A program made the translations under genes and the position numbers. Shown piece after piece: positions 63,124 to 64,000 of a stretch of DNA of 64,000 nucleotides. Where the stretch lies: the NCBI GenBank assembly GCA_038523235.1, contig JBCBJQ010000016.1:22505-86504 (forward strand), written 5' to 3'. Each line of letters starts with the position of its first letter. The stretch's first letter is position 1. The notes beneath the pieces were generated by a model. The model saw only the letters and a list, made by a program, of their open reading frames with translations. It made no database searches and was not told where the DNA came from. The DNA comes from Cyanobacteria bacterium J06626_4 (GTDB taxonomy: Bacteria; Cyanobacteriota; Cyanobacteriia; Phormidesmidales; Phormidesmidaceae).

Positions 63124-63765
63124 ATGCTGCGCCGTGCTTTTTTGGCCACTATCTGGTTGGGTTTTGTGGTTTACGCATTTCGCTTTGCGCCTCCCGATCA
63201 GCCGGATACCGCTCAACTGATTCAACAACTGGCCACCGGCGAATGGCAGGCTCTGAATCCCGCAGTCGTGGCCTTGTTTAACCTCATGGGTCTTTGGCCG
63301 CTGGCCTATGCGGGCTTGGCGATCGCTGATGGTCACGGTCAAAAGATACCTGCCTGGCCTTTTGTCATTGGCTCGTTTGGCCTGGGGGCGTTTTTGCTCT
63401 TGCCTTATCTAATTTTGCGCCAGCCGAACCCCGCCTTTACACCGCCGTCGTCGAAATTGATCGCGCTTTTAGACTCGCGCTGGTTGGGCATCAGTTTACT
63501 GGTGGGGGCGCTCGTGCTGATGGGATATGGCGTCTATGCCGGCGATTGGGCGGACTTTGTTAACCAATGGCAGAGCAGCCGATTTATTCACGTGATGAGC
63601 CTCGATTTTTGTCTGCTGTGGCTGTTGATACCAAGCTTGCTAGGCGATGATATGGCGCGTCGCGGCTTAAAAAATCCGCGAGTGTTTGGGCTCGTGAGTG
63701 CCATTCCCCTCGTGGGTCTGACGGCCTATTTCACCTTTCGGCCCCAGCTCGGTACTGACGAGTAG
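63124..63765 (+). CDS. DUF2834-like membrane protein
   Basis: LFNLMGLWP, PAWPF, SRFIHVMSLDF, DDMARRG. Confidence 0.75.
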   Translation: MLRRAFLATIWLGFVVYAFRFAPPDQPDTAQLIQQLATGEWQALNPAVVALFNLMGLWPLAYAGLAIADGHGQKIPAWPFVIGSFGLGAFLLLPYLILRQPNPAFTPPSSKLIALLDSRWLGISLLVGALVLMGYGVYAGDWADFVNQWQSSRFIHVMSLDFCLLWLLIPSLLGDDMARRGLKNPRVFGLVSAIPLVGLTAYFTFRPQLGTDE

Positions 63766-64000
63766 AGTGCGGAGCACATCCAAAAATGAGAATGACCTGG
63801 GCTTAAGGTTCACGACTTAGGGGTTGCAGCGGGTAACCGCCTAAGCACTCTGGAAAGTAAGTTTTCTACCGTTCAGAGGGGGTTGTCTGCCTGGATTTTG
63901 GCATAATGCCGCTGAAACTTATCACGTGCCGCCTCAAGAGAGAATTGCCAGTGAATGCGGATTCGTTGGTCATGACGTTCTTGCACCAAGGCAAGCACCT

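Larger units (their letters stand above)
1..64000. repeat. HIP1 octamer GCGATCGC dispersed through the window
   Basis: Many copies in genes and intergenic regions; characteristic of cyanobacteria. Confidence 0.9.

Overview
Chromosomal window from a cyanobacterium: psbZ, fibrillin and pentapeptide-repeat genes are present, and the HIP1 octamer GCGATCGC recurs throughout. It is probably a salt-tolerant, filamentous, non-heterocystous form (Leptolyngbya/Nodosilinea/Halomicronema-like; inference from stpA, an hpsE-like glycosyltransferase and a SepJ/SepI-like coiled coil). Most content is conserved housekeeping: bioB, rlmD, lpxD, GH57, mraY, lnt, stpA, an RND efflux pair, the DUF6825/ABC1-kinase/pphA operon, an A-adding-type tRNA nucleotidyltransferase, psbZ-ribH-tRNA-Gly, peroxiredoxins, gloA, clpB, crp-DUF2232-cobT and cutA. 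I saw no CRISPR array, transposase, integrase or rRNA. The most notable item is a 2327-aa protein joining a SepJ/SepI-like septal coiled coil to a degenerate Hsp70/actin-fold domain through a ~1400-aa acidic linker with internal duplications. Others: a perfect Yfr1 sRNA target site on the mraY ribosome-binding site with a complementary motif in the mraY 3' UTR; a CHASE2 sensor without an output domain; a pseudokinase; a ~185-bp MITE-like element; and an AT-rich, HIP1-free GT2 pair bordered by a palindromic 17-bp triple repeat. All family assignments come from recognising motifs by eye, not from database searches.
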